DNA of 64,000 nucleotides. It comes from Leucoraja erinacea. Its lineage: Eukaryota. Of the stretch, positions 40,404-53,499 are shown one piece after another. The translations under genes were made by a program, and so were the position numbers. The DNA lies in assembly GCF_028641065.1 (NCBI RefSeq), contig NC_073385.1, positions 56,978,001 through 57,042,000 on the forward strand. Direction: 5' to 3'. Every line of letters starts with the position of its first letter. The first letter of the stretch is position 1. The notes below the pieces were generated by a model. That model did no database searches. It had not been told where the DNA came from and worked only from the letters and a program-made list of their open reading frames with translations.

Positions 40404-41469
40404 ATCTTCCATCTCTCCCTATTCTAATCCCTATTACAAACTTGCCCTCCTGTTTATGCTGTTGCTTCTCATTCTTCTGAGCACATCACATCTCTCACTA
40501 TTACACTCCATCTGCCACCTATCTAATCCATTCCACCAGCCTCTCTCCACCTCCTTTAATTATATCACTATCCTCTCAGTTCAGTACCCTTCCAAACTTT
40601 GCGTTATCTGCAAATATAGATATTTTACCCTGCACATTCAAGTTCAAATCAGTAAGATAAATTCAGAAAAGTAGTAGATAGGCAAAAAACGCTGGAGTAA
40701 CCCAGCAGGACAGGCAGCATCTCTGGATAGAAGGAATGGGCAACGTTTCGGGTCAAGACCCTCCTTCAGACTCTGGAGCAGTCTGGCTGCACCTCTCTCT
40801 CTCTCTCTCTTCCTTGTCATTCAGTCTGCACCTCTGGCCCTGTTCTTTGGCACTCAATGTCCACACATGTTGGGCCTGTCCACAGGCACTCAGTGCCCAC
40901 ACACCCGGCCCTGTTCCTGTTCCTTCTCCTGCCCCTGATTGCCAGGGCTCCCAGAGTTAACGTGAGTGGGGGCTGGCACTAGCGCTGTGTTGTCATTGGG
41001 ACAACGGCCAAGAACCAGAGGGAGTAGATAATCAACAGTAGAATCAAACGTCACGTGCAGAATCTTTTCCCTTTTTCTGGGAGTGATATATGGATCAAGA
41101 TCACACTCCTGGGGTAGATTCACCGAAAGGTCATAAAGTCATAAGGAATAGGAGTAGAATTAGGCCATTCGGCCCATCAAGTCTACGCTATTCAATCATG
41201 GCTGATCTATCTCTCCCACCTAACCCCATTCTCCTGCCTTCTCCCCATAACATCTCACACCCGTCTCAAGTGCTCAAGAGGGAGCTGGAAATGTACTTGA
41301 AGGGGAGACACTGGGGGAGAGGCCCAGTGTCTGGGTCCAGCGAGCTTGCTTTCTATGGATCTAGGATGGAGTTTACAGGTCTTTTTCCCTCTGTAACCAT
41401 CCTGTGATACTCATCAGTCAGCAGGACATGAGCTGTTAATTAAGCAGCAGTCTGGTATATTTTTGCCAG

Positions 41470-41960
41470 TGTGTTGGAATGAACTGCAGATGCTGGTTTA
41501 AATCGAAGGTAGACAAAATGCTGGAGTGACTCAGCGGGTGAGGCAGCATCTCTGGAGGGAAGGAATGGGCGACGTTTCGGGTTGAAACCCTTCTTCAGAT
41601 ATTTTTGCCAGGTTAGGCATTATATACTGCAAGGGTGCAAGACGAAGATAGACTCAAAATGCTTGAGTAACTCAGCGGGATTGGCAGCATCTCTGGAGAG
41701 GAATGGGCGACGTTTCGGGTTGAAACCCTTCTTCAGACTCATCTGCAAGACCACTAATTACCCGATTAAGTTCAGCAGAAAATGGTCTCTTTGCTTCCTG
41801 CTGTCAAACAGTTGTCCATCATTAGAGTCTGAAGAAGGGTCTCTACCCGAAACATCACCAATTCCTTCTCTCCAGAGATGCTGCCTGTCCCGCTGAGTTA
41901 CTCCAGCACTTTGTTTCTATCTTCAGTGTAAACCAGCATCTGCAGTTCTTTTCTACACAG
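41470..41960. mobile_element. Three separate Penelope-terminus-derived units with TSDs
   Basis: TSD-like repeats atatttttgccag, tgcaagac and acagttgYccatcatt flank units of about 100-135 bp. Confidence 0.75.
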
Positions 41961-44239
41961 TTGCCCATCATTCCCGACTGTAGTCGCAACCGAGTTGGCC
42001 GAGGCAGTGTCGCAAATTGCAGGCTATTTCTCCGCTCTGTAGCAAAGACACTGCAAGTTCCTGTTTTGAATGGAGTGACATTTGTGAAGCTCAGTGATTG
42101 AAGTACCACATCATTTGCATTTAAAATGTCTGGAGGAAGTTGGTGCTGAAAAACAAACTGACTGAGGCTCAGGTGGCATTGGAGGTCTGGGTTCAGACTG
42201 AACAGATATCACACGACCGACGAAAAACCGGGTTGATTTCTCTTTGAATTTCGGGCCTAGTATAAAGGTCTAGATCCTGTTTGTCTCTGAACTCTATTAG
42301 TTGTAGCCCTCAAAAACCGTGCTCAGTGCCACGTCATGAATGATTGAATATATTAAATGTGCTGGACTGGTTTCTATGCTCACAGTAGCATTATGCTGTG
42401 GGTTTTGAAGCAGCGAGGAGCAAAATCTCATTCAAAAACAGTAATTAGTTTTCTACTAATATTCAGTATTAGGTCTGGGATAGTTGTTTCTGTGCAGTCA
42501 GTTGCTGAATCTAATTTCTTAAATATGTGTACATGGAGGCAATGTTTTTTTAGTTTTTAGAGATACAACATAGAACCAGGCCCTTCGGCCTACCATGTCA
42601 ACACCAACCATCGATCACCGTTCATGCTAGTTCCATGTTATCCCACTTTCACATCCACTCCTTACACATGAAGGGGATTTTTTTTTAAACTGAGGCTAAT
42701 TAACCCATAAACACGCACATCTCTGGGTTGTGGAGGGAAACCAGGGCACCCGGAGGAAACCCATGCATTCACAGGGAGAACGTGCAAACTCCACACTAGG
42801 CCACGCTCAAAGCAGGGTCACTGCCGCTGCGCGACTGTGCCGCCAAACAGATGCAGAGATGGTTGACTTAAAATTCTCCCTCCACATAGTCTGAGAGGAA
42901 ATTGCTCAACGTGTTTGGAATGATCTGAAACTGAGCAGGAGGAATGAGGTGAAAGTTATTTTCTCCTAAGGTGTGATGTCTGTCCAGAATTGAGGAGAGG
43001 AAATGGGGTCTAACCAGAGTTACACATCATCATACTGTCAGTCCGCATCTGTGGGAAGAGAATCGAAGACCACTCTCATAGATGCTACTTGACTAACTGA
43101 AGGTATCTAGCATTGTCTGTTTTTATTTCAGAATTGCTGCAGCTTTTTGATTTTCCTGTACATAATCAACCTTCCACGTGTTTGCACCCCACCTATTAAT
43201 TAATTCCAAACCTTACCACACGTTGCCAATAAAAGACTGATTTTGATGTCCTCGGTAACTGTAATACTTTTTGTATTTAAAAATCTGCCAGAGCTAATGT
43301 GATTATTTCGCTCATTCCTGATTGGGTGCTGTTTAGCCTAATTAAAAGCTGCCCACCAATTCACTCAATCTCAATTAAATGCTAAATGTTGAGCAGTCTC
43401 TGAGGAAGGAGTTGTTGGAGGTTATATTCATCATCTTTCCATCACCTGAGTGCTTGGATTTGTCAGTCAGATTCTGTGCTGTTTCTAACCTTGTCATATC
43501 CGTGCTTTCAAGTCATAAGATCATAAGCGATAGGAGCAGAATTAGGCCATTTGGCCCATCAAGTCTACTCTTCCATTCAACCTCCTAACCCCATTCTCCT
43601 GCTTTTGCCCCATAACCTCTGACACCTGTACTAATCAACAATCTATCTATCTTTGCTTTAAACAATATCCATTGGCTTGGCCTCCACAGCCTTCTATGGC
43701 AAATAATTCCACAGATTCACCAACCTCTGTCTAAAGAAGTCCTACTCTGGTCAAAAGCACCACATCTATAATGTTCACCGCGGCCCCACATCTCCCTGAG
43801 GGGATTGTGTTCCTATTATCCTGCACTCTTGGCATGACCCTTGTCTTAAATGAAAGGCCCTCCTTAAGCTGCCAGGTTTCTATACTCCGCACTTCCATCC
43901 CAAACTTCCCATGTCCCATTGTTTCTTTCTCTTTGGAGGCTACATAAAATCTGACCCCCAGATCATTTGCCCGACCACCTCCTGGCAAGACTCCGCACCT
44001 GTGCATTTGTTTATGTAATAGTCCTCCCATGGTACTGATTGGGGATGATCAGCCATGATCACAGTGAATGGCGGTGCTGGCTCAAAGGGCCGAATGGCCT
44101 ACTCCTGCACCTATTGTCTATTGTTTATTGACTGCCTTGCGATGCTTTGATGTTAAAGGAACTACGTGTGAGAACTGGTTTGCACGTTGATAGAGATGTG
44201 CCAAATAGAAAGCAAGAGAGAGTAGAGACTGAACACCCC

Positions 44240-45050
44240 CTGCTTGCTCCCCCCCTCTCTCGCTCTCTCTCCCCTCTCCCTCTCTCCTCCTACTCTCTCT
44301 CTCTATCTCTTCTCTTTAATCTCTATATCCTCATACAACTGTCTCTCTCTCATTCTCTCGTTCTTTCTTTCCTCTCTCATCCACTCTCCTCTTGTTATTC
44401 CACCCCATCCATCTTTCCTTTTCTCTCTTCCCCTTTTATTTTCCAACCTCTCTCTGCAGTCTATCCCATTTTCCATCCTTCAGTCCTTATCTGACACCCT
44501 TCTTGTCTTCTTGCCTCCCCTTTTTCTCCTTTTGACCTCTTTGCCATTCGGTGTGTAACTTTTGTCCACTCACCTGCCAAACAAATCCTGCCCCTCTCAC
44601 TTGTATCCACCCATCACTTGCCAAGCTTTATCCTACTACCTCCTCTTTCCCGCTTTCTTCCCCCTATAACAATGAATCTGAAGAAGGATTCCGACCCAAA
44701 ACATCATCTATCATTGTCCTCCAGAGATGCTGCCTGACTCACTATGTTACTCCAGCACTTTGTATTCTGCACAAAACTTCAGCATTTGCAGTTCCTTGTG
44801 TCTCCGTCCTACTTCCTCACCAACTCTAAGCCTCAACTTTCTCTCTCTTTCTCTCTCTCTCTTTCCACTCTTTCTCCCCTTTATTATCTATTTCCTCTCT
44901 CTCATCTCGCTATGTCTTTCTCTTACATCACCAACTCTCCCTTATCTCTCCCACTCCCTCTCTCTGTCTTTCCCAGTTTTTCTCCCTCTTTCTCTCTTTG
45001 TCTCTCTCTCCCTCTTCCCGCCCTCATGCTTTCTCTCAGTCACTGCACCA
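44240..45050. repeat. CT-rich low-complexity tract with an embedded Penelope-like terminus (about 44530-44805)
   Basis: Long polypyrimidine (CT)n-like sequence just upstream of exon 2. Confidence 0.8.
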
Positions 45051-45151
45051 TTTCCTGGATTACTTGTTCCCTATGTTTGATTACATTGCTCCAACACTGA
45101 ATCCCATATCAGGGGAACTTCATTGAACAATCTCTTGTCTTGGTGTTACAG

Positions 45152-45251
45152 AACAAACCCCAGCGAGGAGCTAAATGGAGAGAGCGCTGTTCACCCTTCA
45201 AAGTCTCCTTCAAGAAACAGTATTCCTGGATTCAACTGGCTGGCCATTCAG
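45152..45251 (+). CDS. ITPKA-like: Inositol-trisphosphate 3-kinase, coding exon 2
   Basis: Acceptor ...tgttacag|, 100 nt, NKPQRGAKWRERCSPFKVSFKKQYSWIQLAGHS-G, donor G|GTAATT. The WIQLAGH motif is characteristic of ITPKs. Phase 0 in, phase 1 out. This frame is absent from the ORF track. Confidence 0.92.
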
Positions 45252-45809
45252 GTAATTCACTTTACCTTTGAGGCAACATGCATCTATAAGTTAATTTTTT
45301 TCTGCTGCTGAAGGAAAACACAATAAGCAATTTGCATACAACAAGCTCCACAAAATAGTTTTGACATATTGAGCCAAGCATTTGCCACAACATAATTGCA
45401 TCGGGCAGAAATGTTGGACCAGCACTACGGGAAACATCTGCAACTATTCTTCAAAATAGGGTCAGAATCCACATGAGAGGTCAGACAGGCATCATTTAAT
45501 TTCCTATAATGAAGAACATAAAATGGAGCAGAATATGGACTTTCATCCCCCTAACACCACCTCTGTTATGAATAATGTGGCCTACTCTACATCGGCAAGA
45601 CCGAGTGTAGACCTGGTGACCATTTGGCCGAACACCTACTGAATCTCCCGGACAAGCCATCTGCTAATCAGCCCTCCTCACCTGTATCTATCTGTCTCTT
45701 GCCAGGCTCTGTCACACTACCAACTCTCTTTTCCCCCAATTCCAATCAGTCTGAAGAAAGGTCATCGATCCATTCCCTCCACAGATGCTGACTTCCCTCT
45801 GAGTTCCTT

Positions 45810-46132
45810 TACTTTACTTTAGTTTAGAGACACAGTGTGGAAACAGGACCTTCGGCCCTTCGAGTCCGCACCGACCAGAGATCCCCGCCCATTAACACTA
45901 TCCTACACACACACTAGGGACAAGTTACACTCATACCAAGTCAATTAACCTACAAACATGTACGTCTTTGGAGTGTGGGGGGAAAGCGAAGATCTCGGAG
46001 AAAACCCACGTGGTCACGGCGAAAACGTACAAACTCCATACAGACATCACCCGTAGTCCTGATCGAACCGGGATCTCTGGCGCTACAAGCACTGTAAGGT
46101 AGCAACTCTACCGCTGCACCACCGTGCCGCCC
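45810..46132 (-). mobile_element. V-SINE
   Basis: Full reverse-strand copy. Confidence 0.88.
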
Positions 46133-47243
46133 TTTTTCCACAATGTTTGGAAACCTGCACTAAAGTGCACTGTGTCAGAAATGATTATAAATATTCAAAT
46201 TAGCGTTGCGTTTTTTTTTTGTAATGGCTTAATATGCATGTGAAGAGTTCTTAACATATATGTCACGTCGCATCAAGTGTGTTTTGTTCCCTTTGGTCAT
46301 TGTTTCCTGTTTACAGACTTCTCTGCGCTCTGTGGTTTGGACGATTAACTTCATAAAGGGCAGAGGACAAAGGGTCCCAGTATTAATACGTCATCAGCTT
46401 TGCCAAGTTTCTGCAGCGACCAAAAATAATCCACAAACTACTTCCCCCGCTTGTTTGCTACAGTCTGTCTAAATTTCACCAATAGTGGCCCCAGCTTTAA
46501 CTTTCCCAAAGTTGAAATGCTTGTGCAGGGTTCCCACTCATTGAATCAAGCAAGAACCTCCCCTGCCTCTCCATGGTCCTGACCCAGAGGTGCCTGCTAA
46601 ACCTGTCATAGGCACAAAATGCTGGAGTAACTCAGAGGGACAGGCAGCATTTCTGGAGAGAAGGAATGGGTGACGTTTCGGGTCGAGATCCTTCTTGGGT
46701 CTCCTCATATTCCTGCCTGGTGGCACCGCCTACAAATGCCTGGACCTTCCTCCTTTCCTTCCCAACCTTCATAGATCTCATCTGAGATCTAATCCCAATG
46801 GAGGCCCAGAAGATATTTTTTTTAAATCATAGGTTTCTTTGTGTATCAAGGGGCTCCTCCCTCTCCTGATGTTGTCTATAACCTGCCTCTACATTCAATG
46901 CCATCTAATACTTCTCCTATTCACCTCCCAGCCACTCTACTGTGTAGGTGTAGGATGGTTCTTGCTCCTTGAAACCTCCATTGCTCACATGCATCATGTT
47001 CACCAAGGGTGATGGGTGTATGGAACAAGCTGTCAGAGGAGGTAGTTGAGGCCGGGACTATCCCAACATTTAAGAAACAGTTAGGCAGGTACACGGATCG
47101 GACAAGTTTGGAGGGATATGGACCAAACGCGGGCAGATGGGACTAATGTAGCTAGGACTTGTTGGCCAGTGCTGAAGGGCCTGTTTCCATGCTGTATCAC
47201 TCTATGACTATTAAAAGGATATCTTCCTCTGTTTGCCTCTTAG

Positions 47244-47457
47244 GCAGTTTCAAACCAGGGGACGGTGGGAAGATCCTCAAGAAATACAGTGAAAACGAGA
47301 AGGTGTGCTTTGAGCAACTACAAACGGACCTTCTGGCTCCCTTTGTGCCCTGTTACCATGGCGTGATCCAAAAGGAAGACGAGCGGTACCTTCAGCTGGA
47401 TGACCTGTTGGCCGAGTTTGACAGCCCGTGTGTTATGGACTGTAAAATGGGAGTAAG
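47244..47457 (+). CDS. ITPKA-like: Inositol-trisphosphate 3-kinase, coding exon 3 (catalytic IPK domain)
   Basis: Acceptor ...gcctcttag|, [20 protein letters not shown]...[14 protein letters not shown] containing the PxxxDxKxG inositol-kinase motif, donor AG|GTATGT. 214 nt, phase 1 in, phase 2 out. Confidence 0.96.
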
Positions 47458-47853
47458 GTATGTAATAGCTTGGTCTTCCACATGGGTGTTCAAGGTGACC
47501 TGGAGTTAACTTCATTGCTTTGAGAAAGAGGGAGAGAAAGAATGGCAGAGAGAAGGGAAAGCGAGGAATGAGCGAGAAATAAAGGAAGCCTTTCAGAGCA
47601 GTTGACAGCCACAAATTATTCTTGATGCACCATCACTGTGGTGACTGAGGACACGTAGCAATCAATTTAATGATCAGAGTGGAGATCTGTATAAAAATAA
47701 TTGCCAGAACTTTTATTCATCACCAACTGTGACTGGAAAGACATAGTTCACTGTACCTCTGCCGTCAATAAGCACTCATCCTTGCTTTGACTTCTAACAT
47801 AGTCACTGCTGATCCATCGACTTGGCAGCTGTGGGAACTGTATACTGAAAATT

Positions 47854-48062
47854 GAAGATAGACACAAAATGCTGGAGTAACTCAGCGGGACAGGCAGCAT
47901 CTCTGGAGAGAAGGGAATGTATGACGTTTCGGGTTGAGACCCTTCTTCAGACTCAAAACGTCACCCATTCCTCCTGTCCAGAGATGCTGCCTGTCCCGCT
48001 GAGTTACTCCAGCACTTTTTGTCTATCTTCGGTGTAAACCAGCATTTGCAGTTCCTTCCTAT
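47854..48062. mobile_element. Palindromic Penelope-terminus-derived element
   Basis: Head-to-head inverted arms, flanked by gaaaattg on both sides. Confidence 0.8.
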
Positions 48063-48684
48063 GGAAAATTGGTGTTTGCTGGGAACAGTTTCTCTCCTTG
48101 CACTCAGCAAATTCAAACTAAATAAAAACCTCTCCAACCCATTTTCCTAATCTTGTCTTGTCAGGTTCATCCAATTGCTCACTCCTGCTCCAGTAATGCC
48201 TTGAATTTAAAATTCTCCGTCTCTCTGTCTGTGCCCCTCCCTATCCCTGTAACTGCCTCCAGCAATGCAATCCTTCCACACTCCCATTGCCAATTCCGGC
48301 CCTCTCCACCATTGGCAACCACGCCTTCAGTCACTAACCCATGAACTGTGTCCCTGTGTTTCTCAGCCCTCTCCATGTTTCTCATTCATTTCTTCAAAGC
48401 AGGTGGCTCAATGTTCTTTTGTTAAAATTAAAACTCCTGCATAGTATCTGAAAACATTTCACTACATTAAAGGAGCTATGCAATTGGAAGTTAAATTATG
48501 GAGACATCAAACATGAAAACAGGTCCCATGCACGGCAAACATCAACTGCCCATTCAGATTAATTGTACACAATTATATTCTCCCCACATTACCATAAACA
48601 CTCCCCCACCCCCCATAGATTCTACCACTCACCTACACTCACTGGGGGAAATTTAAATCAGCCAATTACCCTACTGACCGCCAT

Positions 48685-49017
48685 GTTTAGTTTTAGTTTA
48701 ATTTAGTTTAGAGATACAGCCCTGAAACAGGCCCTTCAACCCACCAAGTCCACAGTGACCAGCGATCCCTGCACATTAACACTATCATACACATACACTA
48801 GGGACAATTTACACATGCACCGAGCCAATTAACCTACATATCTGTACGTCTTTGGAGTGTGGGAGGAAACCGAAGATCTCGGAGAAAACCCACCCGGTCA
48901 CGGGGAGAAGGTATAAACTCCGTACAGACAGCACCCATAGCCAGGATCGAACCCGGGGCTTCGGCGCTGCAAGCGCTGTAAGGCAGCAACTATACCGTTG
49001 CGCCTCCATGACCACCC
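48685..49017 (-). mobile_element. V-SINE nested in an older V-SINE
   Basis: Full reverse copy. The host SINE resumes at about 49018-49090 and 49790-49850. Confidence 0.8.
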
Positions 49018-49098
49018 AGTCTTTGGACTGAAGGAGAAAAAACGTTCACAGGAAGAAAGTGCAAACTCCACACAGACAGCATCTCTGAGCTCTGAGAA

Positions 49099-49789
49099 CA
49101 GCATATAATCCTCCAACCCTTTTGTCACCTCCAACGGGATCCCACTACTGACCACATCTTCCCATCTCCTCCCATTTCTGCTTTCCGCAACTCCCTGGTC
49201 AACTCGTCCCATCCCACCCAAATCACCCCCTCCCCAGGTACTTTCCCCTGCAACTGCAGGAGAGGCAACACCTGTCCCTTTACCTCCCCCCTCGACTACA
49301 TCCAAGGACCCCGACAGTCTTTTCAGGTGAGGCAGAGGTTCATTTGCACCTCCTCCAACCTCATCTATTGTATCCGCTGTTCCAGGTGTCAACTTCTGTA
49401 CATCGGCGAGACCAAGCGCAGGCTCGGCGATCGTTTCGCTGAACACCTCCGCTCCGTCTTAACCCACCTGATCTCCCGGTGGCTCTTTAACTCGCAAATT
49501 GGAGGAACAGCACCTCATATTGCGTTTGGGTAGTTTACACCCCAGCGGTATGAACATTGACTTCTCTAACCTCAGATAGCCGTTGCTTTCACCTCTTGCT
49601 CCATCCCCTCCCCTTTCACAGTTCTCCCACCGGTCTTACTGTCTCCAACTACATTCCATCTCTGTCCCGCCCACTCCCCTGACATCACCATTCTGAAGTA
49701 GGGTCTGGACCCGAAACGTCACCCATTCCTTCGCTCCAGAGATGCTGCCTGTCCCACTGAGTTACTCCAGCAGTTTGTGTCTACCTCCG
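49099..49789 (+). mobile_element. Penelope-like retroelement 3' part (GIY-YIG endonuclease, pseudogenised)
   Basis: GTFPCNCRR..TCPF and RFICTSSNLIYCIRCSRCQLLYIGETKRRLGDRFAEHLRSV...KLEEQHLI, followed by a terminus with a hammerhead-like core at 49693-49720. Confidence 0.9.
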
Positions 49790-49930
49790 AGCTCAGGATT
49801 GAATGTGAGTCTCTGGTGCTGAGAACTAGCGGCTCTGACTGCTGTGCCATCAAATTTGTTGCAGTTGGTGCTATAAGTCCAGCCCACTAACTAACTAGAA
49901 TAGGGGAGAGCAGTGACAACCAAGACTTGG

Positions 49931-49931
<1 letters not shown>

Positions 49932-49965
<34 letters not shown>
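49932..49965. repeat. (ATA)n microsatellite
   Basis: About 11 perfect units. Confidence 0.95.
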
Positions 49966-49966
<1 letters not shown>

Positions 49967-51169
49967 GTTATATGGATTAAAACTAATATAATTAACCAAA
50001 CTACCACCAGTATAGTGACCCACTGCCAGTCATCAGTTACACTGGATAAGTCCAAGATAGACACAAAATGCTGGAGTAACTACAGCGGGGCAGGCCTTCT
50101 GAAGAAGGGTCTTGACCTGAAACGTCACCCATTCCTTCGCTCCAGAGATGCTGCCCGTCCCGCTGTGTGACTCCAGCATTTTGTGTCTATCTTCGGTTTA
50201 AACCAGCATCTGAGGTTCATTCCTACACAGACTGGACAAGCCCAGTCACCAACTACACTTGGGTCCATATGGTGAACTATTGTGTAGAGATAGTATGTGG
50301 ACAAGTTAGACCAGTGTGATCTAGATCAGTGCAAGCATTCAAAATACAAAACTCAATACAACTTTTCCACGTGTTCCAATTCGCAGAATGAATTGAGTTG
50401 GGATTATGTTTAGAAGTTGTTTAGGACAAAGGCAGTGGTGACAGCTGGTTTAGTTCCTGGAATCCACTCACTACAGCGAAATACCAGCTCTCTCTGTGTA
50501 GGAAGGAACTGCAGATCAGTCTGAAGAAGGGTCTCGACCCAGAAACGTCACCCATCCTTCTCTCCAGAGATGCTGCCTGTCCCGCTGAGTTACTGCAGCA
50601 TTTTGTGTCTACCAAGGAACTGTAGATGCTGGTTGACACTGAAGATAGACACAAAATGCTGGAGTAACTCAGTGGGACAGGCAGCAACTCTGGAGAGAAG
50701 AAATGCATCTGTTTTTCCACTCCAAGCTCAAGACTCTTTCTGTGATCAGCCGATTTATAGAATGCTAGCTCACAAGTAGAAATAAAGGAGGACTCGTTGG
50801 CTGTTCTGTAGATCACTATCACACCGGGTCTGTGTTTCCCTCCTAGAACAGCACTGTTTGCAAACCACAAGAATCTAGTCGAGGCTGTTTGCTTGTGCAA
50901 ATCCGGTCGAGTCCCTTTTGTGTAGGAGAGTTATTTTTGATTTTAGTACTTGAGGCTGTCATTACTGCACAACAAAGCACTTCGCTAGAAAAAGCACTCA
51001 AGATCTTATCCCAATCAACGTCTGAGATATTTGCATTAAATGGAAGTCAGTTTCAAATGCTCATTGACAGAAGTGTCCAAGTTAGTGCACCCTGCAAGAT
51101 TCAACCACACATTGAAAGACAATAAGTGAATTTCAGTTGCTGGATGTCAAAGTACTGACTTTTCAGGGA

Positions 51170-51710
51170 ACTTTCCCATGCATCTGCAGGAGATGCAACA
51201 TCTGCCCATTTACTCATTTCCTTCTCACCGTCCAAGGATGTAAATAGTCCCTCCATGTGAAGCAGTAATTCACATGCACTTTGTATAATTCAATGCACTG
51301 CATTCAGCAATCTGTACTCAGTGCACTGCATTCAGACTATGTGCTCTTCTGCAGTGCATAAACCCAACATCGATTAGGTAACTGATTTGTGGGACACCTT
51401 CACTCAACCCACAGGAGTGACCCAGAGCTTCCAGTGAACTGTCCCTTTAATTCTTCGCAACCACCCCGCTGCCACTCCGACCTCTTTGTTTTTCATCTTC
51501 TCTGTTGTTCCAATGAAGCTGGACAAAGCCCACCTCATCTTCTGACCAGGCTTGTTGCAGCCCTTGGGATTTAGCATTGAATTTACCAGTTTCAGTTTAC
51601 CAGCCCTTGCTGGCCACCTCTGCTCTATGATCACCCACTTGTAGCATTAATTCATCTTTATCCTCACCACAGATGCTGCCTGGTCTGCTGGGCATTTCCA
51701 GCACTCTCTT
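51170..51710 (+). mobile_element. Old Penelope-like fragment
   Basis: Decayed homologue of 49240-49780. Confidence 0.6.
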
Positions 51711-52119
51711 TCACTCTGCATCGCCACAGTCCCGGTTTGTTTTACATCTCTCTCTACTGCTCATAAATCTCCATCTATTTACCACCCCTACAGCTTTGAA
51801 TAGCAAGCAATCATTACCTTCTCTTCGCTGGATCCTGACATATTTGAGTCACCCTATTGCTGGCATTCCTTTTGGTCTCTTCATCCCTATCCTATAGTGA
51901 CTTTAACCTCATTTGTTTTCCACTTTTCCACTTCTCTGGAAAAGTCGTTGACCTGAAACATTGACTCCCTTTCTCTCTCCACAGATGCTGCCTGACGTGC
52001 AGAATATCCCCCGTTTTTATTTCAATAAATCCACGTTGTTTATAAATAAATAATGCAATACTAATTTTGGATACTATCAATTGAACCAATGCCTCAACTA
52101 TAATTCCTTATGACTGCAA

Positions 52120-52910
52120 AGACATGGTCCCGATGCGGCCTCCTTTACATCAGCGAGACCAAGTGTAGAATGGGCGACTGTTTCATAGAGTCATACAACA
52201 TGGAAACAGGCCCTTCGGCCCGACTTGCCCAGACCGGCCAACATGTCCCAGCTACACTAGTCCCACCTGCCTGTGTTTGGTCTATTTCCCTCCAAACCCG
52301 GCCTATCCATCGTTTTCACTGAACGCTTGCGCTTGGTCTGCTGCGGTGTTGGTGTTAACCGTTTCAAATCTGTTTCCCACTCTTATACCGACTTTCTGTC
52401 CTCGCCTCCTCCATTGCCAGAGTGAGGCCACACACAAGCTGGAGTAACAGCACTTCATATTCTACAGCCCAACGATGTGAACATTAAATTCTCCAATTGT
52501 AGGTAATCCCGCCCCCTTTCCCGCCTCCTCTCATTCCTGTGCTCCACCTTGGAGTTGAACCATTTCCCCCTCTATTTCCCCCCCCCCCCCCGATTCCCTT
52601 CCACCCACATCCTTCCCACTGTCTTTACGTTTCACTCCTCTTCTCTTCTTATCTCATACTCTTATTGCTTTTTTTTATTGATAGCCTATGTAAACACATC
52701 TGCTAACCAAACCCCCTCAACTGCATCCACCTATCACTTGCTAGGTTTTAATCCCCCCTCCCACTCCCCTTTCCCACCTCTTTTCCCAATTTCTCCCACC
52801 TACGACAATCAGTCTGAAGAAGGCTCCCAACCTGAAACGTTGCCGATGAAAGTCCTCTACAGATGCTGCTTGACCCACTGAGTTACTACAGCACTCTGTG
52901 TTTTGCTCAA
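52120..52910 (+). mobile_element. Penelope-like fragment interrupted by a CR1 tail (about 52185-52310)
   Basis: SRCGLLYISETKCRMGD...RFTERLR, with terminus at about 52810-52905. Confidence 0.75.
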
Positions 52911-53499
52911 TACTAATTTAGGACACAATCACTTGAGTCTATGTCTCATTTTTTATTTGTTATCACTCAAAAGGCAAGACGCTAAATCTCCCAAAGGTTC
53001 AAGTTCCACTGGCAAAATGCGAGTATATCATTCAAGTTAATGTTCCCAGCACTAGCCCTTATGTTCAATTGAGTGGCTAAACCAACACCTCCTTTTATCA
53101 TCCCAAATCTCTTTACATATTGCCCTGTGGTTCTGTGTCATCTCTGACTGCAAGGGCAGATGGTTTAACCTCTCACCTGAAGAAAGTTTGCAGCATTAAT
53201 TATGCCTTCAAGTTCCCAAAGTGAGAATTGAAACCCTGACCTTTGAAATCAAAAGTGAGAGGGCCACCAATCTGAGCTGAGACTGGCATTTCCCTGTTCC
53301 GCCCTGTCACCATGGCAATGGCAGGAAATAAAATGCAACGTTGCCCTTGAGCATTGATTAACATTCTGCAGCACCATACCTTGCACTCCCAGATGGTTGG
53401 ATATGTTACTGCCGGGCACTAATGGATTATAAGGCCTCTGGTGTTTATTTGTGAACCAGATTCGTTTTTACAACAATCCAATAGTTTCTGAGGCCACAA

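Noticed and set aside
44147-45100. Leu/Ser-rich hydrophobic ORFs
   Set aside because: They are translations of a CT-rich low-complexity tract.
49327-49533. GIY-YIG nuclease ORF as a host gene
   Set aside because: It is a truncated, frameshifted Penelope ORF followed by the element terminus.
49913-50170. Poly-Ile membrane peptide ORF
   Set aside because: It is the translation of an (ATA)n microsatellite.
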